Source of the DNA: Octopus vulgaris
Taxonomy: Eukaryota
Direction of reading: 5' to 3'
NCBI GenBank assembly: GCA_951406725.2
Contig: OX597826.1
Coordinates: forward strand, 22,320,001-22,384,000
DNA: 64,000 nt
Shown here piece after piece: positions 38,605 through 53,100 of this stretch. A program made the position numbers and the translations under genes. The notes below the pieces were generated by a model. The model saw only the letters and a program-made list of their open reading frames with translations. It was not told where the DNA came from and did no database searches. The first letter of the stretch is position 1; each line of letters starts with the position of its first letter.

Positions 38605-38922
38605 CCTGCTAGTTGAGATGGCCTGCTAGTTGGAGATGCCTATCTAGCCCTTGTAAACATGTAAGAATTCTAGTGAAATAAATCCACTGATTACAAAAAT
38701 AGAAATAATACATTTCTAAATATCTCAGAGAGATATATGCAGTAGTGGTACAATAGAGTAGTTGTATACTGTCAACTTAATGTAACAGTCCCATGAAGGG
38801 AATCACACTACTGCTATTTAGCCCTAGGAAGCAGCAACGCTTCCTGTCAGCCTTGACACATTTCCTGTGTCCTTATGTTTACCAGGAGGAGATAAGCACC
38901 TCCACCCAGCTAAGCCTGCATC

Positions 38923-39110
38923 TTGTGGGGGTACTTTTACTACTATGGTGATATCATCGACTTAGCAATAGTACATGTTCATGAGTATGGAGTTCTGTGT
39001 CAGGCGTTCTTTAAGCTTCCTGTCCCACCATACCATGAAAAGGTTGGCCACATCACTGGTGATGCTAACCCTGATGGCCTGTTTACGTTTAGTATGTCTT
39101 TTTGCAACAA
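38923..39110 (-). pseudogene. Penelope-like element reverse transcriptase fragment
   Basis: QAIRVSITSDVANLFMVWWDRKLKERL...MYYC*VDDITIV matches the PLE RT 'G.AIG...ANLFM...Y.RYVDD' region, with the Tyr of YVDD mutated to a stop. Confidence 0.8.
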
Positions 39111-40292
39111 AAATTTTTTTTTTTAATTCTGGAAATACTCTACTCATGTAATTTATGCACCCGCTAAAGTTTATTTCTATTTTGGGAAAAATAAGTGTGT
39201 AAATCACATGGGTTTTTACGGTATATGACTTGAGATGAAATGAACTGGTAAGTGACAATTTATTCTCTGTTATAAAACACAATGATTGCCATACATGAAA
39301 CAAAATAAATATAAATAAAGATTACAATAAAGATGTGTGAGAGACTTCATGGTTAGGCTGGACTGCTGATCTTGTAGACAAAGTTGACGTACTGTTTGGT
39401 GGTGTGGAGAGGCAGCCTTTGGTGTGTTGGTCATGTAGTGTTCATACAGCAACAATGTATACAGGCGTCTGGTGTAGATGAAAGTGGAGACTGGCTGTTG
39501 TCAGGTACATCATTGTCAGAGAGGAGTTGCATGTGGTCAGTGGTGTGTGCTAAAGGCCTAGAGCAGTTGAGAATAGTAGGCTCCCAGGAACTGGTGATTA
39601 ATTTCCTGTGTAAGGACAAATGAACTGTTGTGCCACCATGATTGGATGGCTGCAAACTGACCAATACAAACAACAGGTTCGTTTATTCACAAGATCAAGT
39701 GACCTGCTCGGATGAAAAGGGTTCGGGAGCTGATATCCTGGTATTTAAGCCTAGATGAGTCAAAACGAAAACATCTTACACATAATGACAGTGTAAATTA
39801 CTTCTGCTACATGTGTATACAGACAACAATTCTACATGGTAGTGAGATGTGGGTCCTGAATGGAGAGGACGTGTGAAGGTTAGAAAGGAATGAGGTTAGT
39901 ATGCTCCACTGGATATGTAATGTAAGTGTACATGTTCGACACAGTGATAGTGTTTTGAGAGAGAAGTCAGGCGTCAGAGGAATTAGTTGCTGTGTGCAAG
40001 AGAGAAGACTGCACTGGTTTGGTCATGTGATGCAGATGGATGCTAATACTTCCATAAAGAAGTGCCAATCTCTTGACGTAAATGGAACACATGGAACTAG
40101 GAGGCCCAGAAAGGCATGGGACAAAGTACTGAAGAAGAATCTCAGAATGCTGAATCTCTCAGGCAAGATGACAAAGGACTGAGATGCCTGGTACCATTCT
40201 GTATTCACAAAGACCTCTCCTCCCCAGCAGAAGTGTTAAGACCAGTTCTTCCTCTGGCAGCGTAAAGCACTCATGGTAGTGCCACGTAAAAA

Positions 40293-40331
<39 letters not shown>

Positions 40332-40659
40332 AATTAAAAAAGGAAAATATCCACACTTTACATAGTTTTACTATAATTTTTAATATATCGATTGGTTTCA
40401 CGTTTGCTATTCATGATGTTATGGTTTACTTACTTGAATACGTATTTCCTTATGAAGAAACTTTTTGTCCATGTTGTGTGTGATGATATTTATGAGTGAA
40501 TGACTTCACAAGCAGAAAAATAAGGGGAGATAATTGGTTATCGTTATAAGGGAGATAACAGTTCAGCTTTCGATAAGGGGAGGGGAATATGTACACACAA
40601 AATAAAAGTTTCGAAAAACTTGTTTAGTGAGGGCATTTATGTACAGTGATGTAATCATG

Positions 40660-41280
40660 GTGATGACCAAGACCTTTGGAAAGATGTGCTTGAGAAGACC
40701 TGGCAAACCAAGTGAGACCATAACCCGTGGCCTATGCCAGGGTTGTAACCAGCCCACTTATGCATACCTTTTCTTCATTGGACACTAAACTCTGCTTGCT
40801 AAGACCTGTTGAGGCAAGTGGAATTGAAACTGAAATCAAATTTGATGACTGGCATTCATGCTAGTGGAGTGCTAAGAGTACCATATGAGCGTGATCGTTG
40901 CCAGAGCAGCTGAGTGGCTTCTGTGCTGGTGGCAGGTAAAAAGCACCATTCGAGTGTGATCGTTACAAGTGTCACCTTACTGGCACGTGAAAAAGTATTC
41001 AAGCGAGATCGTTACCAGTGCCGCTGGACTGGCTCCTGTGCAGGTGGAACGTAAAAAACACCATTTGAGTGTGGCTGTTGCCAGTACCACCTGACTGGCA
41101 CATAAAAGCACCCACTACAGTGGTTGGCATTAGGAAGGGCATCTAGCTGTAGAAACTCTGTCAGGTCAGACTGGAGCCTGGTGCAGCCATCTGGTTCACC
41201 AGTCCCCAGTCAAATTGTTCAACCTATGCTAGCATGGAAAGCCGATGTTAAACGATGATGATGATGATGATGATGAAGAT
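40660..41280 (+). mobile_element. RTE 3' UTR with (GAT)n tail
   Basis: Homologous to 1-495. Ends catggaaagccgatgttaaacgatgatgatg. Confidence 0.75.
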
Positions 41281-43070
41281 ATATAAACATACAGACACAC
41301 TTTATACATACACACACACACATGCGTATAAATCTACTGAGGGTGACAGACCAAATATGTAGCTGCTGCAAGTTTCATTCAAAAATAGGGTGTCATGGCA
41401 GTGAAATAGTTCCACAGATAGAAGCAGAATAGCTTTGAGTCAGAGCTGCAAAGATTAGGAGAAAGCAGGCATCGAAGGATTTGTAAGAAAAGAAGATTGG
41501 TGTCAGGCATACTTAGTAAGAGGAGAAACCAAAAATAAGTTTGCCAGTGTTTGCAGATGTGAGGAGCAGGTGTGTGAGGTATTATGCATTGGAAGGGGGT
41601 ATATGAGAAAAAATTGTGATTTCTTTAGAGAGAAGAATGTACAATGATAATGGTATCTAACTCTTACAGACATTGAAAAAAAGAGACATGGAAATGTTAT
41701 TATGAGAAACTTTTGGATGAGGAGAATTTCAAGGTAAAAAAGGGATTTATCTCAAGTAGAGCTGACAATGAGACCAACCATTCAGGTGTACAGCAGTCTT
41801 AGTGAATATAGGGATTAAGGAGCTGAAGGCTGAAACAGGACCTGGTATATCAGGAATTACTGCTGATGTGTTTAAAATGTCTGACAAAATGGGACATGGG
41901 TTAGTCTCCTAGTCACACACTAGCTGGTATACTAGCATCATTATCAACTACTACAAGAAACAAGGAGATATGCTAGACAGGAGTAACTACAGTCGTATGA
42001 AGTACTTCCCTCTACTCCAGAAAAGCTCATTCTATTACACTTCTTTATTTTATTAAACAAGGGGCTGTTTTTAATTAATAGCGCACAGCTTTAAACAATT
42101 ATTTTATTTGTCACAAACCTCATGAGATTATTCAGAGAATTACCTAGAAATGCTGTGATGATACACAACTAGTTTGTTAGGCTTCTCTGCTGATTCTGTT
42201 TTCCAATTTCTGTTTTCCTCTTTGGTACTAGAACCACTTAAGCCTATATAATCTCTCAACATGTTATATTAATATGGCTTTTCTTATATGCAGGGTGTAT
42301 CTTTCTCAAGCAGCACCTTTCACAAGCAACATTTCTTTCATGATATAACTACTCTTACATTGATGGGATCACTTTGAGACTGAGGTACAGGGTACCTAGC
42401 TTATACAGAACAAAATGGGTATTTGGGATTGAGAAATGGGAGATGTAAAAGGACAATGGATGCATAAGCAGAAAGGGATTCTTAAATGAAATTATCTGGT
42501 GACGGTTACTAGAAAATGTTTGTCTTAAAAACACAAGTTATAAGAGCTATTGACACATCTCTACTAAGAAATAATGTAACCTAATTAATTACACATATAT
42601 GTATATACATGCATATATACAAACACACACAACAAAATAAAATCTATGTTATATATTAAGACAATGAAAACAATATAACATTTTATTTTGTTATGTGTGT
42701 GTGTTTGTATGTATATATATAATACATACGTATATACATACATAGAAACACACACACACACATGTAGCAAAATAAAATACATGTGTTATATTGTTTTCAT
42801 TGTCATTGTTTTAATGACCACTTTTTGATGCTAGCATGGGTCAGACAGGATTTGCTGAGGCAGATTCTCTGAGATTCAATGCTCTTTCTGTTACCAATGC
42901 TCACCTATTTCCAGTCTAAGTACAATTTCCCTTTTGAACATAAAAATCACACAAAAGCCAGACATTTTTGCCACTTTGAATGATAGTGAATTTCTTCATA
43001 GTTAGCATACAATGTTGATATAAGTATTTAAGTTGGTACTAACACACACGCACACACAAACACTCACACT

Positions 43071-43110
<40 letters not shown>

Positions 43111-43715
43111 TATGCATACCCAGAAGCTCCCTAGAGATAATGGATAGTTTCTGTTTCCTAGTTGACAGCAGTGGAGGAGATTATTCTGAACAAGAACAGA
43201 AGTTTCTTGAATAACAATGGGGCTGGAAAAATGTTGAGAGAGCTTTTATCTCAGTTGATAACTTTTGTTGCCAACAGAGTGGTAAGCAAGTTGTAGGGTG
43301 CGTGTGTATGAACAGCAGTGCTAAATGGTTGTGAGATGTGAAAGCAGAGGACATGTGAAGATTAGAAAGAAATGAAGCTAACACCATTAGGTTGTATGAA
43401 TCATAAAGTACAAAAGTGTTGAGAGAAAAATTGGGCATAAGAAGAATCAGATGTAGTGTGCAAAAGAGAGAATTCTATGCTGGTTTGGTCATGTGATGCA
43501 TGTAGCCGAGGGCAACTGTATAAAAGTGCTGGTCCCTTAAGGTGGATGAAAGTTGTAGAAGCAATAGAGCAAGGAAGATGTGGGTCAAAGTAGTAAAAAC
43601 TTATCTCAGGAATTTGAATCTCATTGGGGGAGGTGATTAAGATGACAGGTGATATGAGGTGCTTGAGAAGATCTACATGGCTCTCTTCATGAAACTGAGC
43701 TTCTTGATACATAAT

Positions 43716-44102
43716 GTGTAAGTAGCTTGCTTATGAACAACATGGTTCCGGGTTCAGTCTCAGTGCATGGCACCTTGGGCAAGTGTCTTCTACTATAGCC
43801 TCGGGCCGACCAAAGCCTTGTGAGTGGATTTGGTAGACGAAAACTGAAAGAAGCCTATCATATATATGTATATATACATGTGTATGTGTGTGTATATATT
43901 TGTGTGTCTGTGTTTGTCCCCCAAACATTGCTTGACAACCGATGCTGGTGTGTTTACATCTCCGTAACTTAGCAGTTTGGCACAAGAGACCGATAGAATA
44001 AGTATTAGGCTTACAAAGAATAAGTCCTGGGGTTGATTTGCTTGACTAAAGGTGGTGCTCCAGCATGGCGACAGTCAAATGATTGAAACAAGTAAAAGAG
44101 TA
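43716..44102 (+). mobile_element. tRNA-derived SINE family B, near full length
   Basis: B-box-like GGTTCAGTCTC, core 'caccttgggcaagtgtcttctactatagcc', an internal microsatellite, and the tail ggtgctccagcatggc...tgaaacaagtaaaagag. Confidence 0.85.
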
Positions 44103-45160
44103 TACAAATAACTGGGCCCTTTGCTCAATTTTCTTATCAAGTCTTTCCCTCCACCATTTCATCTCTCTATCACTTTCTTAACTGCAGTATTCTGCTGTTG
44201 TAATTAAATGAGGGCAAAACTACACAATTTATCATCTTTTCTGTGATACCAATTAGCTCTCTCACTATCTGGAATTACTTCCTTTGACATCCCTCTTTCA
44301 TTCTTGACAGAGTCCCTCCCTACTCAAATTGTTACATCATTTACCACCACTGCATCTTCTATGCAAATTATCTCTTCTTCACTGAATCACTCCCAGTTCA
44401 ACTCCCCCATCATCAGATATTCTGTACTCTCACCTCATACTAAGACTGTCTCTCACTACTTACACTCTTCCGGTGTACTTTCCAACATATTTTCCCCCTT
44501 TTCTTCATCCTTCTTTTGCATTACCATTCTGCTGCTCTTCACCCCTTCTGTACAGCCAGTCAGTACCTACTTTTCCCTCCCTTCCATCCAACTTGATAAT
44601 CACCACTCTCTGCCTTAATCCTTGTTCATAATTCTGTAACACCTATCCCATCTCTAATGACCACTACCCTCTGTAGTCTCTTGCAACCTCTACCCACCGA
44701 TTCTTTCCACTCCCACCAAGGCCTACTCTAACACCTCATCGCCTCTATCTTTATCTTTCTTTCCAGTTCCACACCAATCACTACCACTCATTCTTGTATA
44801 TTGTAAGCAGCCATCTATCTCTTCTATAACAAGAAACCTGTTCTGGCTCCTTTATATTCTAACTTTACATCTTCTAGCATTTCTATCTACTATATAGGTC
44901 CACTCTGTCAATGGGTATCTTGGTCTTGTGAACTTCATGGTAATCTTACTAGTGCTGGATCCATTGAATGAATATAACACCCAGGACACTGTAAAATGAT
45001 TGGCATTAGAAAGGTCAACCAGCTGTGGGAATCATACCAAAACATATACTGGAGTAGGATGCAGTTTCCCACTCCAAGGGATCCTGCCAAACTATCAAGC
45101 CTGTGCCAGCATGGAAGATGGACATTAAAAAATATGTTGATGATCACACACACACAGTGA

Positions 45161-45196
<36 letters not shown>

Positions 45197-45889
45197 GGGT
45201 GTGAATGTGTGTGAATTACATTTATTGTAGGTTACTTATAGTCGAGTTGAAATATAAATAGTAAATGTACAACAGAATGAGAGAGAGAGAGGGAGGAGAG
45301 AGAGAGAGGGAGAGAGAGAGTATAAATATAATTATTTTCTACTCTAGGCACAAGGCCCGGAATTTTTGGGGAGGGGGCCAGTTGATTAGATTGACCCCAG
45401 TACGCAACTGGTACTTAATTTATCAAACCCGAAAAGATGAAAGGCAAAGTTGACCTTGGCAGAATTTGAACTCAGAATGTAAAGACATATGAATCACCGC
45501 TAAGCATTTTGCCCGGCGTGCTAACGTTTCTGCCAGCTCACCATCCTAAAAACTATAATAATTAAAACATGAGAGCCTGTACATCAGGTATCCAACTGTG
45601 TAGTCTTGCTCTCATGTATGCAATCGTTTTATTTGCAACTTCCATTTTGTTTAAAATGTAAATGCATTAGATTGCAGTCAAATTAGATCATTAATTGGGA
45701 CAAGTTTTTAGAAAACAAAAAAAGAAGTGAAGTAAATAATGACAGCAATTTGCTCCACTTATTTTGGAGAGATCTACGATAGTATTATTGACAGTAACTG
45801 AGTAAGCTAAGGTCGTTTAGAGTTTCATACTGAGTCGGTGTATAATATCAGTATAAAAGAAAAAAAGGACAATAGCCTTTTTAAAAGTA

Positions 45890-45994
<105 letters not shown>

Positions 45995-46689
45995 CTATGC
46001 TATTAAGTAATCCAGTGTGTTACCATTACTGCCTAACAAGATTAAAATGTTTTTTTTTCCCCATTTGTCTTTCTTTCAGAAAGAAAACTGTTAACTTCAG
46101 CTCTTTCCAATGAGTTAGTAATATGAATGTACACATATACAAGCATACACACACACACATATACTTTTTGGCGTTAGGAAGGGCATCCAGCTGTAGAAAC
46201 ACTGCCAGATCTGACTGGCCTGGTGCAGCCTTTGGGCTCCCCAGACCCCAGTTGAACCGTCCAACCCATGCTAGCATGGAAAGCGGACGTTAAACGATGA
46301 TGATGATATATAAGGGTATAAACGTAGGGTGTTTTGAATGAAGCACTCAACCCAAGTAACATAATCGACGTAGGTATTCACACTGCATGCATCAGTACAG
46401 TAGCACTTCCTGTATACAAAAGTACAATGTCTATCACAGGTGATGCATTTGCACTAATGTTGAATCCAATTCTTGAATCCTCAATAGTATATAGCGATTT
46501 TTTATTGCTCGAATACATTTTACATTACAAATTAGGCCTACTTTTATTTAATGATCTTCTCCCAGACCCAACCAGTGTTTTGGTTTCAGCCCCTGCAACC
46601 GATATTCATTGACAAGACAACTGCCTCAATTACTTATTCAAAATTTCCCTTGATGTGCACAACAGCAGTGATGTCATCATTATGCTGTA

Positions 46690-47600
46690 TTCTTGCAGAA
46701 TGAGGTAGAATTTGTGTATAAAAGACTGAAAATGTACAACAATGTTCAATGGCTTAGCCAAGGTTTGGTTCTGAAACGATTTGTTGAATGCTTAAATGAG
46801 AGAAAGCTCTTGTTGAATAAACATGTTTCTTATCAAGAATTGTCTGACATCATGTATGTTTGTAAACTGGTGTTTGCAGATTTTTGTGAACATTTGAATG
46901 ACAAGACACATGATGTTATATTTGGTTACATAAAGGCTTTTGAAATGAAACTAGAAGCTTTTAAGAAGGATGTGGACAATGAGAGATTTCAATACTTCCT
47001 AAACCTAAAGAGGTACATCAATGATCTCTCAAAAAAAATGACAGAACAGAGTGTCAATGGCTTCAAAAACTGTTTGTAAACATTGTCAAGTCAACTGTTG
47101 AGCAGTTTTTTTTTTACAAGGTTTTTACAAAGGAATTGGAAGAGACAGCAAAATTCATGAAATTCTCAGACATTATCAAACTAGAAGAACTAAACCTGCA
47201 AATGTTTTCATGGACAGACATGATTGATTTTCAAATGCAGTTGACTGAATTTCAAAGTAACTCAATTTGGAAGCAAAAATTTATTGACCTTAGAGTTAGC
47301 TTAGAAAATATTGAAAAAAAGCAATTAGAGACAGGGTTACCAGAGAGGAGTGTGGAAAATGAATTATTAAGGAGTTGGAATGCGATTCTAGAAAATTTTT
47401 CCAGTTTAAAAAACATTGCAACAACACTAATATCCATGTTTTCATCAACATCTGCCTGTGAATCCTTTGTTAAGTCTTGTTGTAATAGGAGTAACCTGAC
47501 GGATGAAACTAGTTGGGTATGCACATCTCTGAAGGTTACAAAATATAAACCTGATACAAAATCTCTGTCATCAGTGATGAAGCAGCAGGAGTCCCACTGA
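46690..47600 (+). pseudogene. hAT (Charlie/SPIN, GTF2IRD2-like) transposase C-terminal relic
   Basis: NVQWLSQGLVLKRF (the RWLSRG motif), FSSTSACES, RSNLTDE, and the ending PDTKSLSSVMKQQESH*. Confidence 0.85.
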
Positions 47601-50011
47601 TAATACTGGTATACACATGTATATCGAAAGGAATCAAACAAGTTTTCTGTCAAACTAATATTTCATCTGAATGATGTTTTCTTTTGAAAGTGGCAAAGGT
47701 TGTGTATGAGTTTTCTGCTAGACTGATATTCTATCTGATGTTAACAATGTTCAGTCTTGCTGCATTGAAACAAAAAAATCGAGTTTCATAAAACTGAACA
47801 AAATCTAAACAAATACAGAATCTAAAGTAAACTGATTTTTTTTTTTTTTCTGGGAAAACATGATTCCTTAAATCCAAAATATTGTACAAACTAATTAATT
47901 ACTGTAAAAGAATCATTTTTCTAATCAACAATTTGGTGCGAAGACTATTTCCCAGCTCTGGGTTAAGTAATATTCCTAGTTTTTCTGTGAGGGACTGTAA
48001 AAGACCAAATTTCAGAAAAAGTTACCATAGCCTATGATGTTTTCCTCTGAACTCCCAGTGTATTGAAAAGAATCAAGGATATTTTTTATGATTTTGTAGA
48101 AGTAATTTATTTGTGTTCCTGTGCTACATTCAGCAATGCAAGAGCAGAACGGCAACATTCAACTTGGAAAAGACATTCATTTTTGATACATTCAGTAGAT
48201 GTTGCTCTACTGTTTCCATACATCATCATTATCATCACCATCATTTAACATCCGCTTTCCATGCTAGCATGGGTTGGACGGTTTTGACTGAGGGCTGGCG
48301 AACCAGATGGCTGCACCAGACTCCAATCTTGATCTGGCAGAGTTTCTACAGCTGGATGCCCCTTTCTAACACCAACAACTCCAAGAGTGTAGTGGGTGCT
48401 TTTTATGTGCCACCGGCATGGGGGCCAGTCAGGCGGTACTGACAATGACCTTGCTCGAATCTTTTTACACATGCTACCAGCACAGGTGCCAGTAAGGCGA
48501 CGCTGGTAACGATAACTGGGCACAAGTGCCAGTAAGGCGACACTAGTAACGATCACTTGTGGCTAATTCTGTGATTCATCCTGGGATTAGCCTTTAACCC
48601 CATGATGAAACATTCCAAACATAAGCATCCTACATTTTCAGTTACAGTGTAACTAAGACTGCATTATCTAATATGTTTTTCTTTTTTTAAGGATATGTTG
48701 GTATGCCTTAAAAATGATGTAGAGGTTCCCTTGAGTTGCTATTTGCTGGTTTGTTTGTTTTAGTCATATTATTTTTGTACTATTCCAATTTCTAGTCTCT
48801 CAGACCAACTTTGGATATCTCTGTCCAAGTATCTATTGATTCAGTAAGATTAGAAGTCAGATAAATGACTGTTTTATCCAATGTGACTGTCATATTTCTC
48901 TGTAAAATGATACTATGTAATTTGAGGGACATTTGACTACCATTTCCAGCAGCTTCTACATAGAGCTACTTTGTGTTGTCTCTTGTGTGTGTGTGTGTTT
49001 TATCTTTTAGTCATGATGAAAAGCAGGGTGCATGACCATTTATGGAGGCTTAGAAGCTGGTGGGAGGGACGGGAAAGTTTTTTTCAAACTCAAAACCAGG
49101 CCTGAATGCTTAAGGCACCAAAAACTGTGTATGTGTGTGTGGTGGGGTGTTTAACTAGGTGACAAGTTAAGTCTACCAATGAAGTAGGCTATGGCAGGAT
49201 TTGAACTCAGAACATTAGAGCTAGAACAAATTCCACAAGACATCCAATTCAATGTTCTTAGAGTTCTGCCAATTCCATAGCATTTGATTAGTCTTTTTTA
49301 AAAGCCTTAAAAGAAGTTCTTTCCTCATTTATCATTTTATGTTAGTAATTCCTCTGAGTGAATTGAAATGAAATGTGTCAGTGTGAGTCAACTTAGAAGC
49401 GGATTCAGCAAATGAAATTTCAATTCCACTTAACCGTTAATCTCCTACTTTGCTCTTGCTTCAAAACCTGGCATAAACAAAATGGAAAGAAGTTGTTAAA
49501 AGTTAAATGTTTATCACTAATTTGAATGGTTTGGGATATTAATTAAATAACTGTCTTTTATAAAGCATTATTTCATGATCTTATTTAAATGTTTATTTAA
49601 TTAACATATGCATGCTTCGTTTCACCCTCTTCCTAGAAATAATCTATTGAGTAAAACAAGATATTAGGTTGATATCTGTGAAAGCTATTTGCACCCTGAC
49701 ATGTGAGTTAGATTAGTAGAAAGAATATTAATGGATTATTTGATTGTTGTTCTTTAATCCTGATCCAGCAGACCTATAATCAAAATCACTCCAGCTGTGA
49801 CTATCACAACTCTTCTTGAGATGTAGCGTATACAGAACTACATTATCTCACAGACAGTATAACAGTATTAGTGGCTGATTCAGTAGACCTACAACCAAAG
49901 CTGTTCCAGCCGTTAGCCATCTCATTTTATTAAGGCAAAGTATAACTAGGACTACATCATCTTATGTGCTTATGAAGACAGTAGGGTGTAATTTCAGTAG
50001 GGATTTGGCAG

Positions 50012-50190
50012 CTATTTCAGGTGAGGTCGCACCATAGCTATATAAAACCGCAGATAGATAGCCAGAGAGCGGCTTACAAAGGACTTGGTGAGTGCTGCCA
50101 AGACACCCTCAGCCTTCTTGGCAATTTTAGCAATTGGTCCATTGACCAAGTGATTCTGTGCCTTACAATTCCTTATCATGTAAGCAAGTA
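50012..50190 (-). pseudogene. Short CR1-type LINE RT C-terminal relic
   Basis: HL...IAKIAKKAEGVLAALTKSFVSRS..IYLRFYIAMVRPHL. Confidence 0.6.
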
Positions 50191-53100
50191 GCACCCAGTC
50201 CCTCATACATAAACCCTAACAGCCACAAGAGAATAAAATTATTTCTTTATTTTCAAAAAACTTTTAATTTTAAAATCAAGCATTTTGTTTACAATAACAC
50301 CATTAGTTATAATCCCAAGGGTCCAGCAGACATTTTCTTCTGGTATTCAATGCAGCGACACTTCATTATTCAAAAGCATAGTACTGCACCCGACAGCCCA
50401 TTCTCTTAACTCATAAAACAAACACACACACACACACACACACACATGCATACATACATTTGTCTATGTATATGAGTGAGTGAATGTGTGTGTGTGTGTG
50501 TGTGTATGTGTATATCATCATCATCATTTAACGTTTGTTGTCTATGCTGATATGGGTCGGACAGTTTGACCAGGGCTGGCAAGCTGGAAGGCTGCGCCAG
50601 ACATCAGTCTGATTTGGCATGATTTTTACAGCTGGATGTCCTTCCTAATGCCAACCACTCAGAGAATGTAATGGGTGCTTTTACATACCACCAGCATGGT
50701 TGCCATTTGTGTGGCATCAGTATCTGCCATGAGTGCAATTTTACTTGGCTTTATGGGTTTTCTCAATCACAACATAACGCCAAAGGTCGACAGTCATTCA
50801 TCAATGCCACACATGCTGTAATCCCTCGCCATTTCACAGTTCACCTATCACAGTTTATTATTTAAGCTTACATTGATTCCTCCATGGTGTTATTTTGCAT
50901 TTATAATAAAATAAATATATACAAATTATAAAAATTATAAAAAAGTATACAGTACACAGAGGCTATGATAAAAGACCGAGATCTCTGAGATATGCAGTGA
51001 CTGTGAAGGCCCGACAAATGGAGTTCATGGCTTGCAGGACGACCTATTGTGTCAAGTTCATCAACATCAAAATAAAAATCGTATGGATATTGTAGTTGTG
51101 ATACCCGTGCCAGTGGCATGTAGGGCCTCACAGAGGAAATGACAAAGACCGAGACCTCTGAGATATGCTGTGACTGTGAAGACCCGACAAATGAAGTGAG
51201 TTCATGGCTAGCAGGATGGCCTGCTGTGCTAACCTTGGATTGTAGAGTGACCCGCTGTTCTTGAGGAGACCTATTGAGTCAAGTACGTCAACACCAACAT
51301 CAAAATAAAAATCAAATGGAAATTGTAGTTAAGATACCCATGCCGGTGACACGTTAAAAGCACCGTCCGAACGTGGCAGATGCCAGCACCGCCTGACTGG
51401 CGTCTGTGTCGGTGACACATAAAAGCACCAACCGATCGTGGCTGTTTGCCAGCCTCCTCTGGCCTCTGTGCCGGTAGCACGTAAAAAGCACCCACTACAC
51501 TCACGGAGTGGTTGACATTAAGAAGAGCATCAAGCTGTAGAAACACTGCCAGATCAGACTGGAGCCTGGTGCAGCCTCCTGGCTTGCCAGACCCCAGTCA
51601 AACTGTCCAACCCATGCTAGCATGGAAAACGGACGTTAAACGACGACGATGATGATGATGACAGTACAGTACTTTTTCTACTTTGCAGATTTTCACCTGC
51701 CGCGGGGGCTTTTGGAACATAACACTCGTGATAGTTGAGGGATTACTGTATATATGTGTGTGTGTGTAGGTGCAGACGTGGCTGTGTAGTAAGGAGCTTG
51801 CTTCCCAATCAGTTCTGGGTTCAGTCCCACTGCATGGCACCTTGGGCAAGTGTCTTCTACTATAGTTCCTGACTTTCAGGGCATTGCAAAAGGCCTGGTT
51901 TGAGGCCCAACCTTCCAAGTTCTTTAACAGGGCTTAGAAAAACTGTAAGACCACTACAGTAAGTGTGTGAATCTGAGTGGGGAATATGTTGAATAAAATC
52001 ATAATTAACTGATGCTCTGTGTCTTCTTTAACCCAAAGCCAGGAACTTCAGCACCCCACCCAATTCGTATATACATGTTACACATGCACATGACAAACTT
52101 ACAGAGTTTGTGCTCACCAAATTTCTCTCAGAAGGCATAGGTCAATCCAGGGCTATGGCAGGAATATCTTGTAAAAGTGTTTCAAAGTGGAATTACACAG
52201 GGAGCCAGACAGTTACACAATGAACTTTTCTAACCACTCACCGGGGCTTGAATCCCTTTAACAAGGCATTTAATGTTTCATAGTATTTCAGATGTCTCAT
52301 ATTCAGTTCAAGAGTTGTTTTCGTCTTTGAGTAGAACTTGTAATACAGTTTATGAGATCATTCTCTTTTAAGGTATTTACAATAATTTTGTCTTTTTGTT
52401 GGTAAAGTTCTAGACACAGCCTGCAGTGTTACAGCTAGTTTAAGAATACAAGAATAAAGAATCAACTATAAAAAACAGTTTAAAAAAAGCTAAGAAATAA
52501 ATGCGATTTCAGCAACCATCACTTGAAGAACAGAGTAGAATATTTTCTGTGAAGAAAACATTCTTTAAGTAGATTTATCTTTTGTTGGCAGCACAATATT
52601 TCTGGCAGAATTTTTTTCCAAACTTTATCAAAATAATTGTGTTGCCATTACTTTCAACAGCAGTCTAAATATATATATATATATATATATATACATACAT
52701 AAATGTAGAATGATGAAATGAGTGCTCAGCACCACATTGGTGGATATATAATTTCTTTGTTAAAGAATATATATATATATTTATATATACCTACTAGTTT
52801 TCTTTTAATTGAGGAAATGACTAGGTTAATGTTGAAAAGTGCTGCAGAGACTTCCACTGGGAGTAATGATTTGAAGTAAGACATTCTGGTAATCTATAAA
52901 GCAGCCTCAGTTTGAGCATCGCATTTGTCAGCATTATGATAAATAAGAGAGATACAAAAAGCTGTTCCTTACTGAAACTTATCTCAATAGTTACCAGACC
53001 GAGGGCTGCCAGCTGCAGCCATTAACACTAATATTTGATGAATCAGAAAGTGAAAAACCTATGTTGCATGTTAAGCCAAAGTTTCCAATTTGGATTCAAA

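Larger units (their letters stand above)
36706..38922 (-). mobile_element. Penelope-like tandem terminal repeats (pLTR): 36706-36948 plus 38617-38700, and 38701-38922; interrupted by an insertion
   Basis: 36706-36886 directly repeats 38701-38922 (copy 1 has a ~38-bp deletion). The repeat carries a hammerhead and abuts a Penelope RT fragment. Confidence 0.8.

Noticed and set aside
39330-39790. Possible LTR/PBS-like relic on the minus strand (AATAAA, CA-TGGTGGCA)
   Set aside because: The tRNA complementarity is too short and there is no second LTR or recognisable protein motif.
52973-53021. Signal-peptide-like WLQLAALGLVTIEISF ending at a phase-1 gtaagg donor (minus strand)
   Set aside because: An in-frame TAA immediately precedes it, the nearby ATG is out of frame and there is no good acceptor. 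Not supportable without transcripts.
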